Position numbers and translations under genes: made by a program | The notes under the pieces: model-generated | What the model was told of the DNA's origin: nothing | Database searches by the model: none | Seen by the model: only the letters and a program-made list of their open reading frames with translations | In this document: positions 39,018 to 48,920 of the stretch, in pieces | How the letters are laid out: every line of letters starts with the position of its first letter | Numbering within the stretch: the stretch's first letter is position 1 | Virus record (IMG/VR): IMGVR_UViG_3300008262_000040 | Strand: one strand, 5' to 3' | DNA length: 64,000 nt | DNA from: a virus

Positions 39018-39449
39018 TTATGGTTCAATTAATACTTTGTGTCCTTCACCTCCAGCAAAATCAATACGAACGCCTACTATATTTGATAACTCTTCTTTAG
39101 TAGGTGTTACAGCGGCAACTATAATACAATCGTAATCACTATACTTTACTCTACACTTGTAGTCTATAGCATACTGCTCTGCTTCTGCATTTGTTTTCCA
39201 AGTTCCTTTTACTCTAGATCCTGTTGCCCAAACCTTTACTGTTGTGTTTGGATTTCTGCTTTTGGTTATGTTGTATATTTCTAAATATATTTGTTTTGTT
39301 TCTTCATCAAATTCACTAAATGAATTTATGATAGGTTTGTTTTGAATGACAGGCTGATAAGGTATACCAGCAGCCTCCCTCCAGTTTGCTCCTAGAAGTT
39401 GCTTTAGTTCTGCTACGCTATAGTTTCTATGTTTTTCTAGGATGCTCAT
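39018..39449 (-). CDS. Minimal nucleotidyltransferase-like protein (Pol beta superfamily)
   Basis: VWATGSRVKG...SDYD...RIDF motif; likely start MSILEK at 39449. Confidence 0.6.
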   Translation of the reverse strand: MSILEKHRNYSVAELKQLLGANWREAAGIPYQPVIQNKPIINSFSEFDEETKQIYLEIYNITKSRNPNTTVKVWATGSRVKGTWKTNAEAEQYAIDYKCRVKYSDYDCIIVAAVTPTKEELSNIVGVRIDFAGGEGHKVLIEP

Positions 39450-40189
39450 GGTGCTGGAATTTGAAACCAAGATTTAGGTGCACTATTAGATAATAAATTT
39501 TCAATAATGACTCTATAGTCTGATGTATTTTGCAAGCTTCCGTTTACTGAAAAATTATCACATATGTTAAAGCCAAAATTTCCCTGTATACTATATAATA
39601 TATCATTCACAGGCACTCCGTCCACTTGACCTTCTTCACTAAATATAAATAAGAAGTCATCAGTTAAACAAAAGCTTCCTGTAAACCCTATCGCTGAATT
39701 GTATGCTAATGTGGTGCTTCCTGTTATTCTGGTATACAAGCTTTGACTTTGAAATATAGCGTTTATAAAATCTACGTAATTTACAGGGAACAGACCAAAT
39801 CCATCGTCTCTATATGTTAAATTAGTATAGTCTACTGTTGCAGATTGACCTGTTATGGCTCTTGATATCGGTCTTCCGTTTGCTGTTCCGCCTATAAATG
39901 TAAAAGTTAAATAGTCGCTTTGGTCTGCTTCTGATGCTATAGTATCCCATTTAGATCCACCAGACCAGGCATCCAAACCATACACCCACCTATTATAGCT
40001 CTGTACGTTTATATAGTCAGAAGCAGCAGGTGTTACTGATCCGCCTCCACCGCTTCCTATCACGGTTATATTGCCGGTATTATTAACTAAAACAGCGTTC
40101 CCACTCGTATTCACACCGAATACTACTTTACCAACATTTGATGCTGTTGGAAACGATGCTTCTTTGTCTATTTCTATATAACTTGGCAT
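39446..40189 (-). CDS. MPSYI-family protein 3
   Basis: Shared N-terminus plus poly-Gly linker. Confidence 0.65.
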   Translation of the reverse strand: MPSYIEIDKEASFPTASNVGKVVFGVNTSGNAVLVNNTGNITVIGSGGGGSVTPAASDYINVQSYNRWVYGLDAWSGGSKWDTIASEADQSDYLTFTFIGGTANGRPISRAITGQSATVDYTNLTYRDDGFGLFPVNYVDFINAIFQSQSLYTRITGSTTLAYNSAIGFTGSFCLTDDFLFIFSEEGQVDGVPVNDILYSIQGNFGFNICDNFSVNGSLQNTSDYRVIIENLLSNSAPKSWFQIPAP

Positions 40190-40202
40190 AAGTTAATTTC
40201 GT

Positions 40203-42896
40203 TTATTCTATTACTCCTGGTCCTGTTATTGGTCCACTTAAATATAATGTTCCACCTATTTTTAAAGATCCGCTTACTACTATCGATCCACTATTTGAAA
40301 GATCTCCCAACACGTAATATTCAGCTTGATCATCTACAATAAATATACTTGACGTCTGTACTAATAGGTTAGAAGGATTGAAGATAGAGTCGTAGGTTGC
40401 TATACGATTCACCTTGCTTGGATAGGTTCTATTTCTCAAAAACGTAGCCATGTTGGGTACGTTTATAGTTCCATCACCATCTATTTGAGGGAAGCCGTAA
40501 GGCTGGTTTGCTTTGTCGTATGTTACTATTTTGGTGTTGGATAGAAGAGTACCTGGTCCTACTATAGTGCCTGCATTCAATACTGCTTCCCCAACAATTA
40601 AAGATCCGCTTATTATTATCGATCCGCTATTTGTTAGTGTTCCTAAAACAAAATATTCTGCACCTTGTTGAATTATTAAAGTATCACCGCTTTCAACTAT
40701 AAGATTATTGTGGTTGAAAATGTTTTGATTAGCGTATACTACGGAGACCGTATCTGTTACATTATTAACAAATATATTTGATCCACCGCCTCCTCCGTAC
40801 GGTAGTCCGTTTTGGTATATGCCTCCCGTAAAGTTAATATCACCCGATACGTCTAGCTCGTAGCTTGGATTGGGTTGGTTTATACCTACTTTACCATTTG
40901 CTGATCCTGAGTACGGGTTTGTTGTTATGTCTGAATAGGAACCTGTTGCGAATATTATTGCACCTAAATTAATAGAATCTGATCTATTTTCATCTAGGGT
41001 TATGTTTGTACCTATGATGATGTTATTAGGACCCGATCCTGATAGGTTAGTGTGGTCGTCTATTATAAAGTTGTAGTTGGCACCTGCTCTATATCCTATA
41101 AAAGTAGAATGTGATGCATAAGAAGCTATATAACCAGCGGCATTGCCAATAAAGTTAGCTTGATAAGCATTTGTTGCTTGATAACCAACACTCTGCCCTA
41201 AGAAGTTTGAGTATTGCGCATTCGTTGCTTCAAAACCAGCATATTGACCTATAAAATTTGAGTTTAGAGCATTTGTTGCTTGTCTACCAGCATAATAGCC
41301 TAAAAAGTTTGAGCTATAAGCATTTATTGCTTGAAAACCGGCAAATCGACCTAAGAAGTTTGAGGAGGCAGCATTTGTTGCTTGATAACCAGCACTCTGC
41401 CCTAAGAAGTTTGAGTAGGCAGCGTTTGTTCCATTAGTACCAGCACTATCACCTAAAAATATAGAGTTGTCTGTATTAAAATTAGTAGTCGAAGGATTCG
41501 TTGAATATAATGTTGATCCAGATGTTGCTATTACACCTCCACCTCCACCTCCGCTTCCTGTATTCACCGTTATAGGAAAAGTACTTCCGTCACCTTTTGT
41601 AAATGTTATTGTATTTAATGATACAGATGCTGTTGTAAGTAATGAGCCTGTATTTACTGTCCCTCCACCACCTCCTATAGCGCTTGAAGCTGTAAAGGAT
41701 ACTTGGCCAGTAGTAGTATCATAAGTTAATACGTTATTATTTCCACCTGATTGTACTGCTCCTGATACAAACAACGAGCCTGTTATTGTTAATCCGTTTG
41801 TGTAATTTCCGCTTCCGCTAACATCTAGATTATATCTAGGAGACACTATGTTGATACCTACACGTCCGTTTCCTACTGATCCCGAAAGAGGATCACCTGA
41901 TAATGTTGAGTAAGATCCAGTAGCAAATATTAATCCTCCTATGTTTATAGAGTTTACTGCTCCAATTGGTAGAGTTATGTTTGCACCAATAATGATATTA
42001 TTTGCTCCTATTCCGGGACCTATGCTAGGTTGGTATCCAGCTCTATAACCGAGTATAGTAGAGTATGATGCACTTGCTGCCTGAAAACCAGCGCCAGTAC
42101 CTAAAAAGTTTGAATTGTCAGCATTTGTAGCATAAAAACCAGAGAGGCTGCCTAAAAAGTTTGAGTTATTGGCATTTGTTGCTTGGTAACCAGCATTTAA
42201 TCCTAAAAAGTTAGAGCTTTGAGCATTCGTTGCTCCCAAACCAGCGAGGTAGCCTAAAAAGTTTGAATAATATGCATTTGTTGCTGCTTGACCAGCATAT
42301 CGACCTAAAAAGTTTGAGTTATTGGCATTTGTTGCTGCTTGACCAGCATACTCACCTAAAAAATTTGAGTTATTGGCATTTGTTGCTTGAAGGCCAGCGG
42401 CTTGACCTAAAAAGTTTGAATGGATAGCGTTTGTTGCTTGAAAGCCAGCACTCTGCCCTAAGAAGTTTGAGTAGCTAGCACTTGTTGCATTATGACCAGC
42501 ACTCTGCCCTAAAAAGTTTGAGAGAATGGCAGTTGTTGCTTGAAAGCCAGCATTGTGCCCTAAAAAGTTTGAGTAGCTAGCACTCGTTGCTTGAAAGCCA
42601 GCACTCTGCCCTAAAAAGTTTGAGTTCCTAGCATTTGGTGCTTGAAAGCCAGCATTCTGCCCTAAAAATATAGATTGAGTTGCGCTAAAGTTAGTGGTCG
42701 AAGGATTCGTTGAATATAATGTTGATCCTAAAACATCTATTGGACGAGTTGATGATATTGCAAAAGATGCACTAGTGCTAAATGATGCAGTACCGAACAG
42801 TGAACCGGTAATTCCCCCTGTAACACTTAAGGAGCCTGTAATTGTAGAGTTGTCTAGCGCAATCAGACCGTTGCGCGCTACGAATTCGTTTGCCAT
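40203..42896 (-). CDS. Fibre-like protein with two blocks of 17-aa repeats
   Basis: MANEFVARNG start; internally duplicated GSTLYSTNPSTTNF plus repeat module. Confidence 0.7.
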   Translation of the reverse strand: MANEFVARNGLIALDNSTITGSLSVTGGITGSLFGTASFSTSASFAISSTRPIDVLGSTLYSTNPSTTNFSATQSIFLGQNAGFQAPNARNSNFLGQSAGFQATSASYSNFLGHNAGFQATTAILSNFLGQSAGHNATSASYSNFLGQSAGFQATNAIHSNFLGQAAGLQATNANNSNFLGEYAGQAATNANNSNFLGRYAGQAATNAYYSNFLGYLAGLGATNAQSSNFLGLNAGYQATNANNSNFLGSLSGFYATNADNSNFLGTGAGFQAASASYSTILGYRAGYQPSIGPGIGANNIIIGANITLPIGAVNSINIGGLIFATGSYSTLSGDPLSGSVGNGRVGINIVSPRYNLDVSGSGNYTNGLTITGSLFVSGAVQSGGNNNVLTYDTTTGQVSFTASSAIGGGGGTVNTGSLLTTASVSLNTITFTKGDGSTFPITVNTGSGGGGGGVIATSGSTLYSTNPSTTNFNTDNSIFLGDSAGTNGTNAAYSNFLGQSAGYQATNAASSNFLGRFAGFQAINAYSSNFLGYYAGRQATNALNSNFIGQYAGFEATNAQYSNFLGQSVGYQATNAYQANFIGNAAGYIASYASHSTFIGYRAGANYNFIIDDHTNLSGSGPNNIIIGTNITLDENRSDSINLGAIIFATGSYSDITTNPYSGSANGKVGINQPNPSYELDVSGDINFTGGIYQNGLPYGGGGGSNIFVNNVTDTVSVVYANQNIFNHNNLIVESGDTLIIQQGAEYFVLGTLTNSGSIIISGSLIVGEAVLNAGTIVGPGTLLSNTKIVTYDKANQPYGFPQIDGDGTINVPNMATFLRNRTYPSKVNRIATYDSIFNPSNLLVQTSSIFIVDDQAEYYVLGDLSNSGSIVVSGSLKIGGTLYLSGPITGPGVIE
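41082..41468 (-). repeat. Coding tandem repeat, ~8 x 51 bp
   Basis: NAxxSNF(L/I)GxxAGxxAT units. Confidence 0.9.
42036..42677 (-). repeat. Coding tandem repeat, ~13 x 51 bp
   Basis: NAxxSNFLGxxAGxxAT units. Confidence 0.92.
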
Positions 42897-42966
42897 GTTT
42901 CACTACCTCAGTTCACTGTCCCTGAGGTGCGGTTTGATATAAATATCGTGAATTTGTTTATTTTTA

Positions 42967-43698
42967 TTATAACCCGTATCTTCCTTTTAGTGCGTTGTAG
43001 TTTTGTGTTATTTCTGCTAGTGTAAGAATTCTATTATACACCATACAATTGAACTGTGTCATAGGTGCATCTATATTAAAGAAAGGCCTATACGATCCTA
43101 AAACATAATTTCCTGGCCCTTGAGACCAATTTGAGTCTATTGTATTATTACCCGCCTGTATAGCAGTCATTTCTGTTAGATTATAATACATTCTGGTAGT
43201 TTGTGTAGATCTATTAAAGGTAAGTGTGTACATGTAAGTTTGATTATTATTTAAAGGTGTTGTACCCCTATAATCGGTTGAATTGCCTACAACTGTTCCA
43301 CCTGCATAGAATCTCATTGTATTAGTCCATAATCCGGATTCTGTTCCTATTTCAAAGACGTAGCCAAAAGGAATACTTGTACTATATTTAGAAAAAATAG
43401 GACTTCTTGCTGATAGATTTCTGATGTTGGCAAATGATATTATCGTTATAGCGTCGCTTATGTTCGAAGCCAAACTGTTGCTCCCCACTACATGGTCGTT
43501 TATACCATCATATACAATACCTCCCCCTCCTATTGTAGTAAATGTAGGTCCGTTAGTTAAAGTTGCATTATATCTATTTCCGCTAATATCTCCCCATGTA
43601 GTGTCACTACCAGGATAAGAATCCTTTTTAGCAGCGTCTAGATTTAATACTAAACCTCTTGTTACTATACTACCATAATATGCTATTCTTCCTGCCAT
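42967..43698 (-). CDS. LamG/concanavalin-A-like lectin-domain protein 1
   Basis: GLVLNLDAA...SYPG...W.D...YNRILT.AEI.QNYNA..RY. Confidence 0.8.
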   Translation of the reverse strand: MAGRIAYYGSIVTRGLVLNLDAAKKDSYPGSDTTWGDISGNRYNATLTNGPTFTTIGGGGIVYDGINDHVVGSNSLASNISDAITIISFANIRNLSARSPIFSKYSTSIPFGYVFEIGTESGLWTNTMRFYAGGTVVGNSTDYRGTTPLNNNQTYMYTLTFNRSTQTTRMYYNLTEMTAIQAGNNTIDSNWSQGPGNYVLGSYRPFFNIDAPMTQFNCMVYNRILTLAEITQNYNALKGRYGL

Positions 43699-44393
43699 TA
43701 TAGTCCGAATCGGGTTTTGGTTGTGTTAAAATTTTGGAAAATCTCTCTAGCACTGAGAGTGCGGTTGTATACTTGATAGTTAGCGATTCTTCCTCTACCA
43801 AATGTTATATTTGATGCTGTATTTCCCATTATAGAAAAATTATTAACTGTTGAAAGTAGGTTTCCTGATAGGGATCCCCCTGTTGCTTGTAAAATTCCAT
43901 TTACATATAAAAATATTGTTTGTCCGCTGTATATTGCAGTTACATTAAACCACGTATTATTTTGTGCAAACGCTCCTATGTTCGTACCTGTCGTATACCA
44001 TGCGTTATTTGTTGTTGCAATAGCCCATTGAACAGAGTTAGAGGAGTAGATTAATCTATATGACAATTCTCTTCCAGTTATTGCACTAGCTATTATGCTA
44101 GTCCCATTAATATTAGAAGGGTCCATATTACACCATGTAGATATAGTTACTTGATTTGTTATAGTTGGGTTTGATATGAAACTTATACTGTCATTTGTTC
44201 CATCAAACACAATACTTCCACCATTAGCACTACTGAACGTAGGACCGTTTACTAGAGTGGCATTATTACCATTCCTAGTTAAATCACTCCACGTAGTACC
44301 TGTACCTGGATAGCTTTTTGTGTTGGATGCATCTAGGTATAAGACTAATCCGTCTGTTATTATATTAGGTCCTCCGCTTACTGTACTTACCAT
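43698..44393 (-). CDS. LamG-like lectin-domain protein 2
   Basis: Same conserved termini. Confidence 0.8.
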   Translation of the reverse strand: MVSTVSGGPNIITDGLVLYLDASNTKSYPGTGTTWSDLTRNGNNATLVNGPTFSSANGGSIVFDGTNDSISFISNPTITNQVTISTWCNMDPSNINGTSIIASAITGRELSYRLIYSSNSVQWAIATTNNAWYTTGTNIGAFAQNNTWFNVTAIYSGQTIFLYVNGILQATGGSLSGNLLSTVNNFSIMGNTASNITFGRGRIANYQVYNRTLSAREIFQNFNTTKTRFGL

Positions 44394-44395
44394 AG

Positions 44396-45127
44396 TTATA
44401 CTCCGAATCGGGTTCTAGTTGCGTTAAAATTTTGTGCTATTTCTGCTACACTAAGTGAGCGATTATAATATCTGATGGTGTAGCAGCTTCCTCCGAAATA
44501 TCCGTACTCTGCACCTCCAACTGTTGATGCTCTCAAATACACAGCTGTTCTAGGACTCAACAATCCCTGTCTTGCAAACTGTGAATTTATGTATAAGGTT
44601 GGTCGTTTAGATGTATAAACTACTACTATATTTGTTGCTTGGGAGATGGTTGTTTGGTGTACTAATAATGGTGGCATGTATCCTCCGCTGTGTTCATAAA
44701 CACTAACTCCATTTGTACCTATGGAAACACCAGCTCCTGCATTAGGGGGATCTTCATAAAAGGCTCTACTTAAGTATTTTTGACCTCCTGTACCTCTTAT
44801 TCCTGTTGTTGATTCTGTATCTATCTCATGCGTTTGAGTCGGCAAACACCATAGGTCTATTGTAAAATTGTCAATAGCAAGAGGAGGTTGTGCATACAGA
44901 CTATTTAGATTACTAACAAACTGGCAAAGATCGTTGCTACCATCAAATATTATAGCTCCACCGTTAGCACTACTAAATGTAGGTCCGTTTACTAATGTTC
45001 CACTATAAGCTCCTCTACCTAAATCATTCCACGTAGTACCTGTACCTGGATAGCTCTTTATATTAGCAGCATCTAGATACAATATTAGCCCGCCAGTCAC
45101 TATTTTAGGAGAAAAATTAAATGCCAT
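44396..45127 (-). CDS. LamG-like lectin-domain protein 3
   Basis: Same conserved termini. Confidence 0.8.
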   Translation of the reverse strand: MAFNFSPKIVTGGLILYLDAANIKSYPGTGTTWNDLGRGAYSGTLVNGPTFSSANGGAIIFDGSNDLCQFVSNLNSLYAQPPLAIDNFTIDLWCLPTQTHEIDTESTTGIRGTGGQKYLSRAFYEDPPNAGAGVSIGTNGVSVYEHSGGYMPPLLVHQTTISQATNIVVVYTSKRPTLYINSQFARQGLLSPRTAVYLRASTVGGAEYGYFGGSCYTIRYYNRSLSVAEIAQNFNATRTRFGV

Positions 45128-45131
45128 AACA

Positions 45132-48100
45132 TTAAATTGATCTTATTATTGCTTTTATTGTCCAACCACTTCCTGTTGTTACGTTTCCTGTAACAGTTAA
45201 ATTACTACCTGATACTGATCCAGTAAACATCAGTCTTGATGTGTTTCCAAAATCAGTAGTAGAATTATCTGTAAAGTTAGCTAATGATCCTGACCATATA
45301 GCCATAAATTGACCCGCTCTTGCATTGGAGCCCGATTTTGCAGTGTATTCCATGAATATACCGTCGTATGATGATGTTGGTACTGCATATATTGTAAAGC
45401 TGCCACTGTTGGTTGTTGTTGTTCTAAATGTTGTGTTTAGTGATGGTGCTAGATAGTTACCCATTAATGTGGTGCTATCTGAGAATACTTCCATGATAGG
45501 AAGACCGCTTATGTCATTTACACTAAACAATGACCCTGATAAACTATCTACAATACTAAATAATTCGCCTTGTGAACCTTGTACTGTAAAGAGAGGTTGT
45601 GCTGATCCTGATCCTAGTATAGTTACTCTTTGTGTGCCTGAGCCTGATACTAGGAGAGTGGATGATGTTATAGCTGATGATACTGCTACGCTGCCTGTGA
45701 TATTTGCACCACCTGCTGATATTGTTAATGTGTTTTGTAGTCTTGTAGTGCCGTTTACATCTAATAAAAAGCCTCCATCAGTTATAGTTCCTATTCCTAC
45801 TCTTCCATTAGCAAAGAATCTCGATGTAGTAGTGCCTGCTATATCAAGCGGATTGCTACTAAGAGTTAATGTTCTAGCAGATGTAAGTGTTCCATTTGTG
45901 TTATATATGTTAGGAGCAAACGAAGCACTCACTGCATTTTGCACAAACGAGGCTGTACTAGCAAACGATGCACTTATTGCATTTAATACATAAGAGGCAC
46001 TTTGAGCGTTTTGAACAAACGAAGCAGTTGATGCAAATGAACTACTTACTGCGTTTAATATGTATGAAGATGTTGTAGCGTTGTTTGCCCAACTTGCTGT
46101 ACCTAATAAAGATCCTGTGATATTATTTGAGACAAATAATGATCCGGTAATCTGTGTATTACTATTTATCGATACTATACTTCCATTATCACTGATGTTA
46201 CTATCATTCAAATGCTCTATACCTGTACCTTTAGGTATTCTATTTTGAGTTAGGTAAGTTTCATTACCTACATTATTGTAGGTTTCTGGGCCTAGTAAAA
46301 ATACAGAGGAGGTGATGGGTGCAGATTGGTGTATAAATATGAATTGATCCTTTTCTGAATCAAATAGAAATGAACCTGAATGCTGCGGTGACGATCCAGA
46401 ATCTATTACTGCTAATCCTCCAAAACGAACAGATGGCGTAAATGTATTTACAGTGATTAGATTAGTACCTATGTTTAAGGTTGATTCTGATATGTACTGT
46501 ATTGAAGAGGAGCCTAATACAGTAAGATTATTTACTATTGTTAAAGATCCTGTAATGGTTTGATTGCCAACAAACACATTCGAACCTGTTGTTGCAAAAG
46601 TTGTACTATCTTTACCATCTAATAAGTCAGAATTTGAAGCATAGGATGCTGTTCCAAGTAATGAGCCTGTAAATGAAGTTGCTGATAATGAGCCCGTTAA
46701 TCCGTAAGAACCGGTTAACTGTTTTGAATTTATCCATAGAGATCCACTTCTAACCAATAGATCACCGTTACTCTCTGTTGTTGTTTTTACGTCGTGTAAT
46801 TCTGTTAACTCGAAGCCGTTTACTACGTTGATAAAAATAACGCCTGTAGTAGCATTGTTTACTATTACAACACCTAATCTAACTTCATGTAATGGAGCGT
46901 CAGGCGCTACGTTTGTAAATTGACCACTTGATGATAAAAATAATCTATCACCAACAGCAAAACCGTTTGTGTTTATATTTGTTATTAATCCACTTGTTAT
47001 AACATATCCGTGTCTATTACCCCCTGTTCCTGGTATTAATGTTGCTGCCAATCCTATTGTGCCTGCTGATGAGGGATCTATTTCCCAGCTAGCGGTAGCA
47101 ACAGTTGGTGTGTTTCCTTGAGCTCCATTTATATATACTACCTTACCCGCTTGTATATCTTCTCCTGTAGCATTATAAACCCTAACAACACTTTGATGTC
47201 CAACATCTATACTAAAATTATTTTTGTCTGTATCGATTTGAATAGTTTTAATATCATCATTCCAATGTATTCTACCTTCTAGATGCGGGTAACCATCTGT
47301 TGTTGTAAAATCAATGTAATCTACTGTTGATATAGATCCTGATACTGTTAAATTTTGTGCATATGATGCCGTTTGGGCGTATGAAGCGCTCAATGCTTGC
47401 AGAGCGTATGAACTACTTATAGCTTTTGATGAAGATATTGCATAAGATGCTGTTAAAGCGTACGAGGACGATAATGCATAAGAACTACTTATAGCGTTTT
47501 GGGCCCAACTAGCTGTCCCTGTAAATTGTCCTATAAATGAACCCGTAAATGATCCCGTGTTATATGATGATGTAAATGCGTTAAACGATGCAGTAGTCGT
47601 GTATCCACTTAAATCTATAACAGGAATATTCAATGCGTATGATGCGGTAATAGCATTTCTAGCCCAACTAGCAGTTCCAAATAAAGACCCGGTAATATTA
47701 GGTGCATTTAGTGAGCCGGTTACATTCAATCCATTTTTCATATCAACCTGTCCGGTTGACTGAACTGTCATTTGATTGCTCGAGCCAAATCGAGTAGAGC
47801 CATTTACATCGAGTCTAAAACCGCTATCTACAAACACACCTCCGTTTTGGAATAACCAGTTACCTGTTTCAAAACTTCTTGCTCTTGTAGTTCCTGCTCC
47901 AACTGATATAATTATGTTATCACTGAGTCCGGCAGGTAGGCCTGTCTGTGTACCTATTATTATGTTATTAGAACCGCTTAATATACCTCTACCAGCATTA
48001 TCTCCAATGTATATGTTTCGGCTTCCACTAATGTTATCTTGTCCAGCTTGATTACCTATACCTGTATTTCTACTTCCTATTACATTTCTCCACAAAGCAT

Positions 48101-48851
48101 CTAAACCAACAGCTGCATTTCGTGTACCTGTTGTTGTATCACCGAGTGCCCATCCTCCAAAAGCAGTATTATTAAAACCGGTTGTTAAATTTTGCAGTGC
48201 TCTAAATCCAAAAGCATCGTTTTGTACTCCAGCAAACCCCCCAGCTCCTACGCCTGTCCAATTATCCATGGCTTCTGCACCAAACCACGTTGATGTATGC
48301 CAACCACCTGCTTTAATTAACATTCTAGCTGATTGGTTGTCTCTGTTAGCAGCTTCAATTATAAGCTGTGGAAATTTTTCAGTCCCATTAGTATAAGATG
48401 ATGATAGTATAGAGCCTGAAGGTGCTACTGAAATGTATAAGCTATTACGAACTACTACACTGCCTGTATTATTAACATTATTTATTTCTAAATTTCTATA
48501 TGAACCGCTACCTATGTTTAATTGATAGTTGCTAATATCAACAGAACGATTACCTGTTAATATTCCATTGGTATTGTAAATATTAGGGGCGTATGATGCA
48601 CTTTGCGCCCAGCTAGCAGTTCCTTCTAAGGATCCAATAAAAGATCCAGTAAATGATCCTGAAAATGAACCTGAATTTGAACCTGAATTTGAACCTATTG
48701 GTACTACTGTAATTCCACTAGAACCTGACACCTTCATGTATGCCTTACCATCAAACGTATTGAGCGCTATCTCACCAAAATCAATAGATTCCGTTGTAGG
48801 GATTTTGCCTGGTACGTTACTGCGGCGCAGTTTAAGATACTGGTTTGACAT
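45132..48851 (-). CDS. Long tail-fibre-like protein
   Basis: N-terminal LKLRRS..PGKIP....GEIALNTFDGK fibre module; GSFTGSL.GTAS.A repeats; NT.xG beta-helix stretch. Confidence 0.75.
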   Translation of the reverse strand: MSNQYLKLRRSNVPGKIPTTESIDFGEIALNTFDGKAYMKVSGSSGITVVPIGSNSGSNSGSFSGSFTGSFIGSLEGTASWAQSASYAPNIYNTNGILTGNRSVDISNYQLNIGSGSYRNLEINNVNNTGSVVVRNSLYISVAPSGSILSSSYTNGTEKFPQLIIEAANRDNQSARMLIKAGGWHTSTWFGAEAMDNWTGVGAGGFAGVQNDAFGFRALQNLTTGFNNTAFGGWALGDTTTGTRNAAVGLDALWRNVIGSRNTGIGNQAGQDNISGSRNIYIGDNAGRGILSGSNNIIIGTQTGLPAGLSDNIIISVGAGTTRARSFETGNWLFQNGGVFVDSGFRLDVNGSTRFGSSNQMTVQSTGQVDMKNGLNVTGSLNAPNITGSLFGTASWARNAITASYALNIPVIDLSGYTTTASFNAFTSSYNTGSFTGSFIGQFTGTASWAQNAISSSYALSSSYALTASYAISSSKAISSSYALQALSASYAQTASYAQNLTVSGSISTVDYIDFTTTDGYPHLEGRIHWNDDIKTIQIDTDKNNFSIDVGHQSVVRVYNATGEDIQAGKVVYINGAQGNTPTVATASWEIDPSSAGTIGLAATLIPGTGGNRHGYVITSGLITNINTNGFAVGDRLFLSSSGQFTNVAPDAPLHEVRLGVVIVNNATTGVIFINVVNGFELTELHDVKTTTESNGDLLVRSGSLWINSKQLTGSYGLTGSLSATSFTGSLLGTASYASNSDLLDGKDSTTFATTGSNVFVGNQTITGSLTIVNNLTVLGSSSIQYISESTLNIGTNLITVNTFTPSVRFGGLAVIDSGSSPQHSGSFLFDSEKDQFIFIHQSAPITSSVFLLGPETYNNVGNETYLTQNRIPKGTGIEHLNDSNISDNGSIVSINSNTQITGSLFVSNNITGSLLGTASWANNATTSSYILNAVSSSFASTASFVQNAQSASYVLNAISASFASTASFVQNAVSASFAPNIYNTNGTLTSARTLTLSSNPLDIAGTTTSRFFANGRVGIGTITDGGFLLDVNGTTRLQNTLTISAGGANITGSVAVSSAITSSTLLVSGSGTQRVTILGSGSAQPLFTVQGSQGELFSIVDSLSGSLFSVNDISGLPIMEVFSDSTTLMGNYLAPSLNTTFRTTTTNSGSFTIYAVPTSSYDGIFMEYTAKSGSNARAGQFMAIWSGSLANFTDNSTTDFGNTSRLMFTGSVSGSNLTVTGNVTTGSGWTIKAIIRSI

Positions 48852-48920
48852 GTGTCAATAGTGGATTAGTATGTACTAATATTATGTTGGGTGACTATAT
48901 AGTCAATAATAAATATACAA

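Noticed and set aside
35305-42677. 51-bp repeats as a CRISPR array
   Set aside because: In-frame coding repeats with codon-level variation, no unique spacers and no cas genes
34552-45127. Diversity-generating retroelement acting on fibre or LamG genes
   Set aside because: No reverse transcriptase in the window, and no TR/VR pair differing only at adenines was seen
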